From a virus (taxonomy: Duplodnaviria; Caudoviricetes): a DNA stretch of 56,503 bases. The notes below the pieces were generated by a model, which was not told the origin of the DNA, did no database searches, and saw only the letters and a list, made by a program, of their open reading frames with translations. A program made the position numbers and the translations under genes. The stretch is taken from positions 1-56,503 of the IMG/VR virus record IMGVR_UViG_3300034180_000036. One strand, written 5' to 3'. How positions within the stretch are numbered: the stretch's first letter is position 1; each line of letters starts with the position of its first letter. Below, piece after piece: positions 37,524-45,777 of this stretch.

Positions 37524-38237
37524 CTACCGCTCTTCGGCCGACCGTGGCAAGCGCGCCGCGACGAAGGCCCGCTCGGGCGGATCGAGCATGCGACGGATCT
37601 GCGTCGGGTCGAAACGACGTCCGGTCCGAGAGCGACGGCCGAGCGCATCGAGGCGATCAGCGATCTTCCGGAACGAAGTCCCCGTCGCGCGAAGCGACTG
37701 AACGTGTGCGACGACCGTTTGCTCTTCCGCGTCGCGAACGAGCGACCCGTCGCACGCGCGCCACCCATACGGAGGCTCGCCACCGACGTAGCCGCCCCGG
37801 CGAGACTTCGAAGCGAGAGCGCTCGACGTTCGCGACGCGCCCTCTTCGCGCTCCCACTGGACGACGCTCGCCATGATGTTGATGACGAGCCGTCCCATCG
37901 GTGAGGCCGTGTCGAGCGACTCGACGACAGAGAAGAGCCGGCGCCGCTTCGCGAAGGTCTCGTCGAGCAACGCGTTGAGGTCGAGCAACGAACGCGTCAG
38001 CCGATCGAGTTTGTAGACGATCAGCGCGTCGGCACGCTCTTCGAGCGCGGCCAACGCGGCCTGAACGCCAGGACGTTCGAGCGTCTTTGCCGACCAGCCA
38101 GCGTCCTCGAAGATCTCGACGAGCTCGAGGCCTTGCGCCACGGCGTAGGCCGTCACGCGCTCCCGTTGCATGTCGAGACTGATCCCGTCGTCAGCCTGTC
38201 CCGCTGTTGAAACGCGGACGTATGCGACCGCTTTCAT
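37524..38237 (-). CDS. Serine recombinase (resolvase/invertase catalytic domain plus C-terminal DNA-binding domain, 237 aa)
   Basis: YVRVST catalytic Ser motif, EDAGWSA...RPG, VYKLDRLTRS, DT.SPMGR, QWERE, GGEPPYGW, SFRKIA..L. Confidence 0.92.
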   Translation of the reverse strand: MKAVAYVRVSTAGQADDGISLDMQRERVTAYAVAQGLELVEIFEDAGWSAKTLERPGVQAALAALEERADALIVYKLDRLTRSLLDLNALLDETFAKRRRLFSVVESLDTASPMGRLVINIMASVVQWEREEGASRTSSALASKSRRGGYVGGEPPYGWRACDGSLVRDAEEQTVVAHVQSLRATGTSFRKIADRLDALGRRSRTGRRFDPTQIRRMLDPPERAFVAARLPRSAEER

Positions 38238-38470
38238 CGACCACCACCCGCGATCAGCGTCAGGGTCGGCGGGGCCCCGGAGGTCTCCCACGCGTCGAAG
38301 ACTTCGCGTGCGATCCGTTCGTAGAGCTCGAACTTCGGCGTCGCGCCGAAGCGTGCGTGGTAGGCGCGCGCGGCGATCGCGAGCGCGCGCGGCGACGGAT
38401 GCCCGTCCGGACAGAACTTCGGACCGACGCGCGCCTTCATCCACGCGCGGATCCGCGCGGGCGCGATCAC
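38234..38470 (-). CDS. Hypothetical protein (78 aa)
   Basis: GTG start overlaps the upstream stop (GTGA), and its own stop overlaps the recombinase ATG (ATGA). Confidence 0.55.
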   Translation of the reverse strand: MIAPARIRAWMKARVGPKFCPDGHPSPRALAIAARAYHARFGATPKFELYERIAREVFDAWETSGAPPTLTLIAGGGR

Positions 38471-39901
38471 GCGAAGCCCTGCGCGAACGACATCGAGAAG
38501 ATCAGCGGCATCATCATGAAGGCGCGATCCAGCTTCACGATGTGCATCTCCCCGTGCTGAAGGCCGCGAACGACCACGCCCCATTCGCCGAACGGCAGGT
38601 CGTCCGGCGTCAACGTCGCCGCCCATCCGGTCCTGACCTTCCGCGGCTCGAGGTCGCCCAGGAACGCGCTCGACAGCGCTTGCGTCAGGAGCTCGCGATT
38701 GTTCGCCTTCGCGAAGAGCGTGTCCGGCTCCCGAGTCGAACGCACGATGCGGACGTTGTTCTCTCGCTTCGTCTCGGGCACTTGCTCGAGCACCGTCGCA
38801 AAGCACATGTGACCTCGGCTCAAGACCAGGAAGTAGGGGCGCATCGTCAGACTCCTCAGAGAAGACCGCGCGCACCGCTCGGCGCTTGCGCTCCGAACCG
38901 GTCTCGCGGTGATGAAAGTGCGCCCACGCGCGTTCGAGCGCGAGCTCGACCAACGGATCGAGCGCCCACTCGATGCCGTTCGGCGCATCGGTGATCAACC
39001 ACGCGTCGAGGTCAGCGCGCGCGGCGACGACATCGTCGGTCGTGGCGTAGGGGATCGAAGCGAGCTCGTCAAGGAACGCGGTCCGCGCGCGCCCACGCAA
39101 CCACGACGACGGCTCAGAGATCGAATCCGTGAAGTCGATCGGATCCATCCCGTCGGTTGCGGCCCAGCACTCGCCGGCGAGCTCGTCGGTGGCTTCGTCG
39201 AGCGCGAGCGTCAGCGGGCGCGGGCCGCCCCCGCGTCCGTTGCGACGCCCGACCAGCGCCTTCAGGCGCACGCTGTCACAGGTCAAGAGGGCGCCGGCGC
39301 GCTCGACTGCCGCGGCAGCCGCGCCGTACCGCGGAGATTCCGGCCCCAGCCCGAGCAGGTGAACGGCCGCCGGCCGCCACTCCGCGAGGAAGGCGCGGAG
39401 CTCACCGATCGACGTCGCATCCTTCTTCATCGGCACGCCACAAACGAACGGCAACGCGAGGAGCTCGGCCGCACGGTCGGCGAAGGCCGCCATCGAAAGC
39501 TCGCCCTTCTGGATCGGGACGATGATCCGCGCTCCCGCGCGATGAAGCTGTCGAAGCTCGGAGGCATACCGCTCGAGCCGCTCGAGCGTGACGACCTGAT
39601 TCCCGACCATGTCGGGCGCCACAAGCCACGCACCGGCCTCGAGCCCCGCGAGCGCGCGGTAGACGCCGAAGACGCGCGACCAGTGCTCAGCGCCCAACGG
39701 GCGCACGACGTTCGGCCCCGTCGGCCCGAACTCGACTTCGCTGAACGCGCCCGAGTCGACGAACACCGGCACACGAACGGAGGCGAGTTCCGTCATGGCC
39801 CGCGGCGAGAGCTCCGGCACGGCGACGCCGAGCGCCTGACCGGCATCGTCGAGGCCGCGAACGTCACCAGGGCGGTTCGAGCCGCTCGCGAAGTAGATCA
39901 T
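38234..39901 (-). CDS. TGT/DpdA-like (tRNA-guanine transglycosylase fold) protein; the recognisable part is ~38850..39901 and the 3' end is uncertain
   Basis: VFVDSGAFS, APDMVGN...TL, IVPIQ.G, VHLLGLG, CDS motifs; no in-frame stop until 38234. Confidence 0.65.
   Translation of the reverse strand: MIYFASGSNRPGDVRGLDDAGQALGVAVPELSPRAMTELASVRVPVFVDSGAFSEVEFGPTGPNVVRPLGAEHWSRVFGVYRALAGLEAGAWLVAPDMVGNQVVTLERLERYASELRQLHRAGARIIVPIQKGELSMAAFADRAAELLALPFVCGVPMKKDATSIGELRAFLAEWRPAAVHLLGLGPESPRYGAAAAAVERAGALLTCDSVRLKALVGRRNGRGGGPRPLTLALDEATDELAGECWAATDGMDPIDFTDSISEPSSWLRGRARTAFLDELASIPYATTDDVVAARADLDAWLITDAPNGIEWALDPLVELALERAWAHFHHRETGSERKRRAVRAVFSEESDDAPLLPGLEPRSHVLCDGARASARDEAREQRPHRAFDSGAGHALREGEQSRAPDASAVERVPGRPRAAEGQDRMGGDVDAGRPAVRRMGRGRSRPSARGDAHREAGSRLHDDAADLLDVVRAGLRVIAPARIRAWMKARVGPKFCPDGHPSPRALAIAARAYHARFGATPKFELYERIAREVFDAWETSGAPPTLTLIAGGGR
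38467..38844 (-). CDS. Hypothetical protein (125 aa)
   Basis: GAGGAG SD before ATG 38844 (MRPYFLVLSRG); coupled to the downstream gene. Confidence 0.55.
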   Translation of the reverse strand: MRPYFLVLSRGHMCFATVLEQVPETKRENNVRIVRSTREPDTLFAKANNRELLTQALSSAFLGDLEPRKVRTGWAATLTPDDLPFGEWGVVVRGLQHGEMHIVKLDRAFMMMPLIFSMSFAQGFA

Positions 39902-40089
39902 CGCGTGTACCGCCGCACGCCGCCGAAGACGGACCAGGACGCGACGACGTCGCCGTCGCTGTTGCGAATCGACGCCTCGAACCCCGCGCCCTTCGCGGCC
40001 TCGAGCGCCGCATCGACGGTCGGGAAGACGCCGTCTTTGGTGTACCCGAAGTTGGTGAAGAAGACCGTGAAGCCCGTCGTCGTCGTCAT
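39898..40089 (-). CDS. Small hypothetical protein (63 aa), leaderless
   Basis: MTTTTGF after P2; stop overlaps the next ATG. Confidence 0.65.
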   Translation of the reverse strand: MTTTTGFTVFFTNFGYTKDGVFPTVDAALEAAKGAGFEASIRNSDGDVVASWSVFGGVRRYTR

Positions 40090-40136
40090 GCTCTTGTTGT
40101 ACGGCCGCCCGTCCGCAAAGTCAAGCATCGAAATGC
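40087..40136 (-). promoter_or_regulatory. Repeat element P2
   Basis: GCAT-TTCG-ATGC TTGACT N17 TACAAC N6 ATG(40089). Confidence 0.85.
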
Positions 40137-40140
40137 ACGA

Positions 40141-40575
40141 TTATCGATCGGCCGTTAGCCGGCGCCGGATCGCGGCCACGTCTTCCGCGATGGCGCCGTC
40201 GTAGGCTTCGCCTCGCACGATCTCGTCGAGATCGACCGGCATCGCGCGACTGGCCAGCTCGCCACGCGACCAGGCGTCTCGCATCGCCCAGGCGTAGACG
40301 GCCGCCGCCTGACGCGTCAACGGCGCCTTGAGACTCGTCATGCTCATCACGGCGGCGATTTCGGCAGCCGTCCCCGGCCCCAACGCCGTGCCCGACTTCG
40401 CGCGCTCGGCGAGCTCGAGCAGGTGCGCGAGGTAGAGGGGCGTCGAAGCGATCGCGAGCAACGGCGCCGTCGGCGTGCAGGCCGGAAACGAGAGCTCAGG
40501 CGTGGCGGCGAGCACGTCCTCGGCGATCCCCATGCACTCGATCAGCCAGCCGGCCGGCTCCGGAATCGGGATCAC
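40141..40575 (-). CDS. Hypothetical protein (144 aa)
   Basis: GTG start overlaps the upstream stop (GTGA); LYLAH..EL.ER...T.AEI. Confidence 0.55.
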   Translation of the reverse strand: MIPIPEPAGWLIECMGIAEDVLAATPELSFPACTPTAPLLAIASTPLYLAHLLELAERAKSGTALGPGTAAEIAAVMSMTSLKAPLTRQAAAVYAWAMRDAWSRGELASRAMPVDLDEIVRGEAYDGAIAEDVAAIRRRLTADR

Positions 40576-40919
40576 TCTGACCACCCGTCGATGCGGATCG
40601 GCCGATTGCCTTCGGTCTCCCACCCACGTTCGCACGAGCGGCACATGCCGGTTTCGTCGCTTCGCGGGAAAGAGCCGCACGCCGCTTCTTCGACGGTCTG
40701 CCCGCCGCTGAACTCGGTTTCGCCGGTCGCGAGGTTCATGGTCCCGTGCGTCACGATGAAGCGGCGAAGCACCCGACAGCTCCCGCCGCTTCCGCGCGGA
40801 TCGTCTCGCGGCGCCAACCGATACCCGCGCTTCGCGAGGAGCTCGGTCAACCGAGCGTCTTCCTCGGCCTGGCGCTTGCGCTCCCGCCTGATCGCGGCGG
40901 CCTCGCCCCGGCCACTCAC
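40572..40919 (-). CDS. Hypothetical protein with Cys motifs (115 aa)
   Basis: Coupled to both neighbours; CGS...CRSC. Confidence 0.55.
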   Translation of the reverse strand: MSGRGEAAAIRRERKRQAEEDARLTELLAKRGYRLAPRDDPRGSGGSCRVLRRFIVTHGTMNLATGETEFSGGQTVEEAACGSFPRSDETGMCRSCERGWETEGNRPIRIDGWSE

Positions 40920-41128
40920 GAGAGCTCCGCCACCGCGAAGGTGCGGCGCGAGTCGCAGAGGAACCAGGCGCCCGACTTCACGTTGCGAACGAGGCCGCGC
41001 TCGCCGCCGCGGGGGCCGCGAACCGAGAGAACGCCCTTCTCGAGGGTCCCGCTCACGACGGTGAAGGTCTTCGCCTTCAGGTGCCCGTCGAGGCGGATGG
41101 TCAGCGTCGTGTTCGTCGTCGTCGTCAT
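40916..41128 (-). CDS. Small hypothetical protein (70 aa), leaderless
   Basis: MTTTTNTTLT after P3; GPRGG motif. Confidence 0.65.
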   Translation of the reverse strand: MTTTTNTTLTIRLDGHLKAKTFTVVSGTLEKGVLSVRGPRGGERGLVRNVKSGAWFLCDSRRTFAVAELS

Positions 41129-41175
41129 GCTTCTCTTGTACGGTCGCCCGTCGGCAAAGTCAAGCATCGAAGTGC
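41126..41175 (-). promoter_or_regulatory. Repeat element P3
   Basis: GCAC-TTCG-ATGC TTGACT N17 TACAAG N6 ATG(41128). Confidence 0.85.
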
Positions 41176-41181
41176 ATTATT

Positions 41182-41925
41182 TTAGACGGCGCGACGCCAT
41201 CGACGCTTTCGGCAGATCGGAGCCCGATCCAGGCGGCGCCGGCTCGGTCGATCGCGCGTGCCGCCTCGACTCAAGGCCTCTTCCACGAAGCCCGCCGCTC
41301 GCAGGCTTGCGCCGAGTTCGGTCTCGAGCGTGTAGGTGATCAGAGCATCGGCGATCCCGAGAGCTCGCGCCTTCCGCACACATGCCCCATAGAGCGCGCT
41401 CGCGATGTTCCGGCGAAGAGCCGGATGGCCCCACGCGCACACGCGCGTGACCTCGAGCGTGCGCGGCTCAGCCGCCTCGAGCAGCCGCGAGACCGGCCGC
41501 CCGACGACCGCCACGCCGACCAGCACCCCGCCGTTGTAGGCCGCGACCGAGAACTTGTGCGAGGTCGGCGCGTCCGGCATGTGTCGGTGATGGGCCTCGA
41601 CAGCGCTGAAGACGAAGTCGCGCCAGCCGGCCGGCGACCGAACGGCCGGCCGCCCACGGCGCTCCCAGAGCTCGCCAGGCGCCTCCGTCTCGATCCGCCC
41701 GCGGACGGTGCCATCGTCCGTCACCTCGCGCACGTCGCAGCTCAGAAGCTCGCTCAGCATCGTCTCGAGAGGGAAGCCGGCGAAGGCTTCGAAGCCGAAG
41801 GCCGCGACCTCCGCTTCGGCGGCCTCGCAGCACGGCGCCCACTCGAGCCAGCGATCGCCGTCGCCGCGAAACACCTCGACGTGCTCGTCGAAGGGGGTCT
41901 CGCAGAACCCGCACTCGCCGAACAT
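41182..41925 (-). CDS. XF1762-family / Mom-like GNAT-fold protein with an N-terminal Cys cluster
   Basis: V.AHHRH, HKFSV, LVGVAVVGRPVSRLL, TLEVTRVC, S.LYGAC.R.ARALG, ITYTL..E.GASLRAAGF. Confidence 0.8.
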   Translation of the reverse strand: MFGECGFCETPFDEHVEVFRGDGDRWLEWAPCCEAAEAEVAAFGFEAFAGFPLETMLSELLSCDVREVTDDGTVRGRIETEAPGELWERRGRPAVRSPAGWRDFVFSAVEAHHRHMPDAPTSHKFSVAAYNGGVLVGVAVVGRPVSRLLEAAEPRTLEVTRVCAWGHPALRRNIASALYGACVRKARALGIADALITYTLETELGASLRAAGFVEEALSRGGTRDRPSRRRLDRAPICRKRRWRRAV

Positions 41926-42218
41926 CAGGCCGCCGCCTGAAGGCGCCCGCGAAGCTGAAGCGCGCGCGCCTGAAACAGGCTGATCGTGTCCGAGACCTGC
42001 GCGACGAGCTCGCCGTCGCGGTCGTCGAAGATGTCACGAAGTTCGACGTGAAGGCCGCCGAGCGCGACGTACGTGGCTTCCACGAGGGGGAGCGCGTCAC
42101 GCGCGTCGCCGCCGCGGGCCATGAAGCGGCAGACCTCGGGGAGGGCGCCGGCCAGATCGCCAGCGCGGGCGAGGAGAGCGGAGAGAGCGGCCGTCGGGTT
42201 CGTCGTCGTCGTCGTCAT
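41925..42218 (-). CDS. Hypothetical protein (97 aa), leaderless
   Basis: MTTTTTNP after P4; stop overlaps the next ATG. Confidence 0.6.
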   Translation of the reverse strand: MTTTTTNPTAALSALLARAGDLAGALPEVCRFMARGGDARDALPLVEATYVALGGLHVELRDIFDDRDGELVAQVSDTISLFQARALQLRGRLQAAA

Positions 42219-42265
42219 GCTCTTGTTGTACGGCTGCCCGTTTGGAATGTCAAGCATCGAAGTGC
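42216..42265 (-). promoter_or_regulatory. Repeat element P4
   Basis: GCAC-TTCG-ATGC TTGACA N17 TACAAC N6 ATG(42218). Confidence 0.85.
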
Positions 42266-42266
42266 A

Positions 42267-42297
42267 GAAAATTGACACGCGCACACGGCACGTGTCA
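42267..42297 (-). terminator. Possible intrinsic terminator upstream of P4
   Basis: Minus strand TGACACGTGC-CGTGT-GCGCGTGTCA (10-bp stem with one G-U pair) followed by ATTTT. Confidence 0.45.
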
Positions 42298-42412
42298 CGG
42301 TCCGTCATTGATAGAGGGGGAGGCGGGCTCACCGCGGCGGCGCGGAAGGGCGATCGGAGCTCGAGACGGGCGCGAGCACCCTGACGGGTGTGCGCCCGGT
42401 CCCTCCCCGCCT

Positions 42413-42826
42413 TCAGCGCCCAGCGCACTCGGGACCGAAGCCGCTCTCGACGCTCGAGGGGACCGTGAGGGCCCGTCCGCACTTGCCACATCGGCCTTCG
42501 TGGTACAGCTTCGCCGGGATGTCCGCGCCCGCCTGAAGGCGCCCGAAGACCCACCCGAAGCCCTTCACCGAAGGGGCGGACGCGCTGATCGTCGAGCGCT
42601 TCCCCGGCACGAAGCGCCGGCCGTCGAAGATCGTCCCGATGAAGGTGAAGTCGGTCGTGTTGCTCGGCCCCGTGAGCACCTTCACGAAGTGAACGCCCTG
42701 CGCGTCCTTCTTCGCGGACACCTTGTAGGTGAAGCGCCCGCCGCGCTCGCTCTCGACGGTGAAGACCGCTCGCCCTGCGAGCATGAAGCTGATCGGGTTG
42801 CCGTTGATCTCGTGTCGCGTCGTCAT
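42413..42826 (-). CDS. Protein with a C-terminal DUF6011-like zinc motif (137 aa), leaderless
   Basis: AG.A.FTV.S..G.RFTYKV, FVKVLTGP.N, HEGRCGKCGRALT.P.S...GFGPECA. Confidence 0.75.
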   Translation of the reverse strand: MTTRHEINGNPISFMLAGRAVFTVESERGGRFTYKVSAKKDAQGVHFVKVLTGPSNTTDFTFIGTIFDGRRFVPGKRSTISASAPSVKGFGWVFGRLQAGADIPAKLYHEGRCGKCGRALTVPSSVESGFGPECAGR

Positions 42827-42873
42827 GCCCCTGTTATACGGGCGGCCCGTCGCGAAGTCAAGCACCGATATGC
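42824..42873 (-). promoter_or_regulatory. Repeat element P5
   Basis: GCAT-ATCG-GTGC TTGACT N17 TATAAC N6 ATG(42826). Confidence 0.85.
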
Positions 42874-42879
42874 TGATTT

Positions 42880-43392
42880 TCAGACGGCGCGCGCGGGACG
42901 ACTGCGCGCGCGCTCGAGCAGGCCGGCGAGCTCGTCGGGGGGAATGGCGAGCCCGCCGGCCCGAGTCACCGCCTCGTCGAGCCGTTGGGGGGCCCGACCG
43001 ATGAACGCGAAGCCGCGCCGGATCGTTTCGACGTAGGCCGTCGACGGCTGTCCGCGCGCTTCGGGTCGGTTGTGGACGTAGACCCACAGATCCGCACCGC
43101 GCTGCGCGCCCTGCCGCACGCGAGCGGCCACGCGACTGTAGACGTGCGGCGCGCCCTCGAAGCGGTCCAGGATGTCGAGATCGGCCCTCGAGACCTCCCA
43201 AAGCACGCCGGTCGTCATCGCGCCGGCGCACTTCTCGATCGTCGCGACCGCGCCGCCCCATCCGGCCGACCGGCCGACGAAGGCGAGGCGGTGCCCGGCA
43301 AGGTCGTACACGCCACGGAAGGTGGCGGATCGGCAGCGCTGCCGCATTTGCTTGGGGTCCATGTTGGACCCGAAGGCGAAAACCAAAGGCAT
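42880..43392 (-). CDS. Gamma-glutamylcyclotransferase (GGCT/AIG2-like) family protein (170 aa)
   Basis: FAFGSNM...QM..RC, GVATI, GVLWEV...D...LD.FEG.P..Y, PS..Y...I..G; AAAGGGG SD. Confidence 0.88.
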   Translation of the reverse strand: MPLVFAFGSNMDPKQMRQRCRSATFRGVYDLAGHRLAFVGRSAGWGGAVATIEKCAGAMTTGVLWEVSRADLDILDRFEGAPHVYSRVAARVRQGAQRGADLWVYVHNRPEARGQPSTAYVETIRRGFAFIGRAPQRLDEAVTRAGGLAIPPDELAGLLERARSRPARAV

Positions 43393-43471
43393 TTCGAGCC
43401 CCTTTCTACCCCATCGGGTTTCGCGGCGGAAGGTGCGGCGGAAACTCTTCACACTTTCCGCCGCGTGCGGC

Positions 43472-43810
43472 TCACGCGAAGCACGCGAGAAGCCGCGCCG
43501 CCGCCCGCTGGTCCATCCAGACAGGGATCGCGGGAACGAGCGAACGCGTTTCCCACTTCCGCGGCTCGAGCTCGCCGCGCAGATCGAAGACGCGGTAAGC
43601 GCGCTCGGTCATCGTGGGGGTGCGGCCGTAGCGGCCGAACTCGACGAGGCCCTTGTCGTAGAGCCCCTGAAGGACGTTCGCCGCGATCTGAACGGTCCAC
43701 AGGCCGGCCGAAACGAAGATCTCCTCGAGCGCGAGGAACTCGTCGCGCGTCACGCGCACGAGGCCGGTGTCGATCACGTTCGGGATGCTGCGCTTCGTCG
43801 TCGTCGTCAT
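43472..43810 (-). CDS. Hypothetical protein (112 aa), leaderless
   Basis: MTTTTKR after P6. Confidence 0.6.
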   Translation of the reverse strand: MTTTTKRSIPNVIDTGLVRVTRDEFLALEEIFVSAGLWTVQIAANVLQGLYDKGLVEFGRYGRTPTMTERAYRVFDLRGELEPRKWETRSLVPAIPVWMDQRAAARLLACFA

Positions 43811-43857
43811 GCCCCTGTTATGCGGCCGCGCCGACGCGAAGTCAAGCACAAAAATGC
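43808..43857 (-). promoter_or_regulatory. Repeat element P6
   Basis: GCAT-TTTT-GTGC TTGACT N17 CATAAC N6 ATG(43810). Confidence 0.85.
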
Positions 43858-43957
43858 TGGCCTTTGTCGTTTTTCTCGTCTCGCGCCTGACGCGCCGTGC
43901 GCCGTTCTGACGGCCTCGAGCGCCCGCCCCCACGCGAGGCGCGCCGAGGTCGCTCGA

Positions 43958-44626
43958 TCACTTCACGCGCACGCCTGAGACGTCCTGAGCGTGCGAGAGC
44001 GCCACGAGCCCGAGGTCGGCCACGAGCTCGAGATAGGCCGCCGCCTGAGCGCCCTTCGTCTCGCCGTCGGGCACCGCGACGACGCCGCCGCTGACGCCGG
44101 CTATCATCGCCACCGACGCAACGATCCAGTCGGCGACCGTCGCGCCGTCGTGCTCGATCCCCCACGGCTCCGCGCGCATCCGCGCGACGACGTCGAGCGC
44201 ACGTCCGACGCGGATCCGCTTCGTGTGGACGTGCTCGACGACGAGGATAGGGCCGGCCGCCGGCTCACGCCACGCGCCGCTCTCAACCCTGCGCAGGCCG
44301 CCGAGCTCGCCTCCCCACACGTAGATCCACACCATGCGGCCGTCGAGCGTGTGGCGCGCTTCGCGGCGGTACATGCCGACGTCGACACCCTCGAGCCGGT
44401 CGAGCGTCGCGAGCTCGCGCGCCGTGACGCGGAAGACCTCGCCGTGAACGAGGCGCCGGCCACCCTCGACGACCATCGGGAAGCGAGCGTTTTCGTAGAG
44501 CTCGAAACCCTCGACTGCGGCTTCGCCCCTGAACTCGGCGCGCTCGATCAGATAGTGATTCCAATGAGTTCGCATGAGCGAGCCGTAAACGAAGACGAGG
44601 TCGGTGGTCTGAATGTCGGTGGTCAT
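43958..44626 (-). CDS. Gamma-glutamylcyclotransferase (GGACT-like) with a C-terminal extension (222 aa)
   Basis: VFVYGSLM....NH, FPMV, V.GEVF.V....L..LD.LEG...G.Y.R, WIY, V.SG.W. Confidence 0.88.
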   Translation of the reverse strand: MTTDIQTTDLVFVYGSLMRTHWNHYLIERAEFRGEAAVEGFELYENARFPMVVEGGRRLVHGEVFRVTARELATLDRLEGVDVGMYRREARHTLDGRMVWIYVWGGELGGLRRVESGAWREPAAGPILVVEHVHTKRIRVGRALDVVARMRAEPWGIEHDGATVADWIVASVAMIAGVSGGVVAVPDGETKGAQAAAYLELVADLGLVALSHAQDVSGVRVK

Positions 44627-44659
44627 GGCGATCTTTCCCTTCGATTTCAAGAGGTTGTG

Positions 44660-44681
44660 GGGGCCGGCCGAAGCCGGCCCC
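44660..44681 (-). other. C(UUCG)G tetraloop hairpin between the amidoligase and GGCT genes
   Basis: Minus strand GGGGCCGGC-TTCG-GCCGGCCCC, a 9-bp perfect stem with no U-tract. Confidence 0.65.
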
Positions 44682-44690
44682 GTGGATGCT

Positions 44691-45617
44691 TCACGCCGCG
44701 GCGCGGGCGCGGGGGGCGCGGGTCCCGCCCGGGCGATCCGACGTCCGGCTTCCGCCGCGGACCGAGCCGGGAAGCGCCGCGATCAGGTGGTCGCGAACGT
44801 TCTTGTAGTAGTCACCCGTAAGGCCGAGACGGTGGTAGAGGAACCGATACATCGTCCACTTGGCGTCGTCGTAGGAGACGGCCGCCTTCGCGACGCGGAT
44901 GTTCTTCGCGCTCTTCGCGTAGGCGACGAGGCCGAGGCAAAGCGCGATGTAGGAGCGGACCTTGCCCGCGTGCAAGGTGCCGTTAAACCAACGGAATTCG
45001 ACCGTGCCGCGGAACCACACGTTGTGGAGGTTGAGACCGGCGTAGCGCGTGCCGTCGTAGTGCGACGGCGCGGGGTTGTTGTGGCCGTACCACGCGACGT
45101 TCGCGTCGCTGAGCGTCTTCGCGCCCTTGAGAGCCTTCGCCTTCTCCTCGGTCGTGGCCTTGCAGTAGCGGGCCGCCCGCGAAGCGTGAACGCCGAGCGC
45201 GCGGGTGATCAGCTCTTCGCGGCTGTAGACCAGCGCGGCGAGGTTGCCGACCGCCTTCGCGGTGAGGCCCTGAGCGCCCACGTGGACGTGGATCCCGCAC
45301 TGCTCGTCGCAGCGCGCGCCGGCCCGACGAAGAGCGCGAACGACGCGCTGGACCGTTTCGACATCCTCGCGCCCCTGAAGGATCGGCGAGACGATCTCGG
45401 ACGAAACGCCCGAAAGCGAAGAGTCGTTCATGCAGCGCCACTTGCGGCCGTCGGCGAGGCGCACGTAGACCGACTGGTAGTAGTCGCGTCCGTGCTCGAG
45501 GATCCCGCCGAGCTCGGCCTGAATCGCCTGCGCGGCGCGGAGGTTGTTGATCCGCTTGGTCTCGATCTCGATGCCGAAGGTCAGGTTCTCAGTGGCCGCG
45601 TTGTTCGTCGTCGTCAT
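44691..45617 (-). CDS. Amidoligase (COOH-NH2 ligase, Amidoligase_2-like; 308 aa), leaderless
   Basis: TFGIEIE, W....DSSL, EIVSPIL, CGIHVHVG, RY.GLN, GTVEFRWFNGTL. Confidence 0.9.
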   Translation of the reverse strand: MTTTNNAATENLTFGIEIETKRINNLRAAQAIQAELGGILEHGRDYYQSVYVRLADGRKWRCMNDSSLSGVSSEIVSPILQGREDVETVQRVVRALRRAGARCDEQCGIHVHVGAQGLTAKAVGNLAALVYSREELITRALGVHASRAARYCKATTEEKAKALKGAKTLSDANVAWYGHNNPAPSHYDGTRYAGLNLHNVWFRGTVEFRWFNGTLHAGKVRSYIALCLGLVAYAKSAKNIRVAKAAVSYDDAKWTMYRFLYHRLGLTGDYYKNVRDHLIAALPGSVRGGSRTSDRPGGTRAPRARAAA

Positions 45618-45664
45618 GCTTTTGTTATACGGATTCTCTCCCGCGATATCAAGCATAAAAATGC
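45615..45664 (-). promoter_or_regulatory. Repeat element P7
   Basis: GCAT-TTTT-ATGC TTGATA N17 TATAAC N6 ATG(45617). Confidence 0.85.
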
Positions 45665-45741
45665 ACGACATCGAAGAAAGTTTATTCGCGCGTCGCGTCA
45701 TCGCGCGGACTTGAGGGCCATGGACCTTGGCTGATAGAGGG

Positions 45742-45767
45742 AAATGCCCCGCCTTGGGGGGCGGGGC
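45742..45767 (-). terminator. Possible terminator hairpin after 45778..46044
   Basis: Minus strand GCCCCGCC-CCCCAA-GGCGGGGC followed by ATTT. Confidence 0.4.
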
Positions 45768-45777
45768 CCGGCCCCTG

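Noticed and set aside
40089-40128. Conserved N-terminal peptide MLDFADGRPYNKS-M seen in several ORF-track translations (also at 41167 and inside other ORFs)
   Set aside because: It is the translated promoter element. The frame is broken in copies with 7- or 11-nt spacers (P1, P8, P11, P15), and P9 has no downstream ATG, so conservation is at the DNA level.
42309-45741. TGATAGAGGG at 42309 and 45732, resembling a tetO half-site
   Set aside because: Only two 10-bp copies, no second half-site, and different distances from the promoters; compatible with chance.
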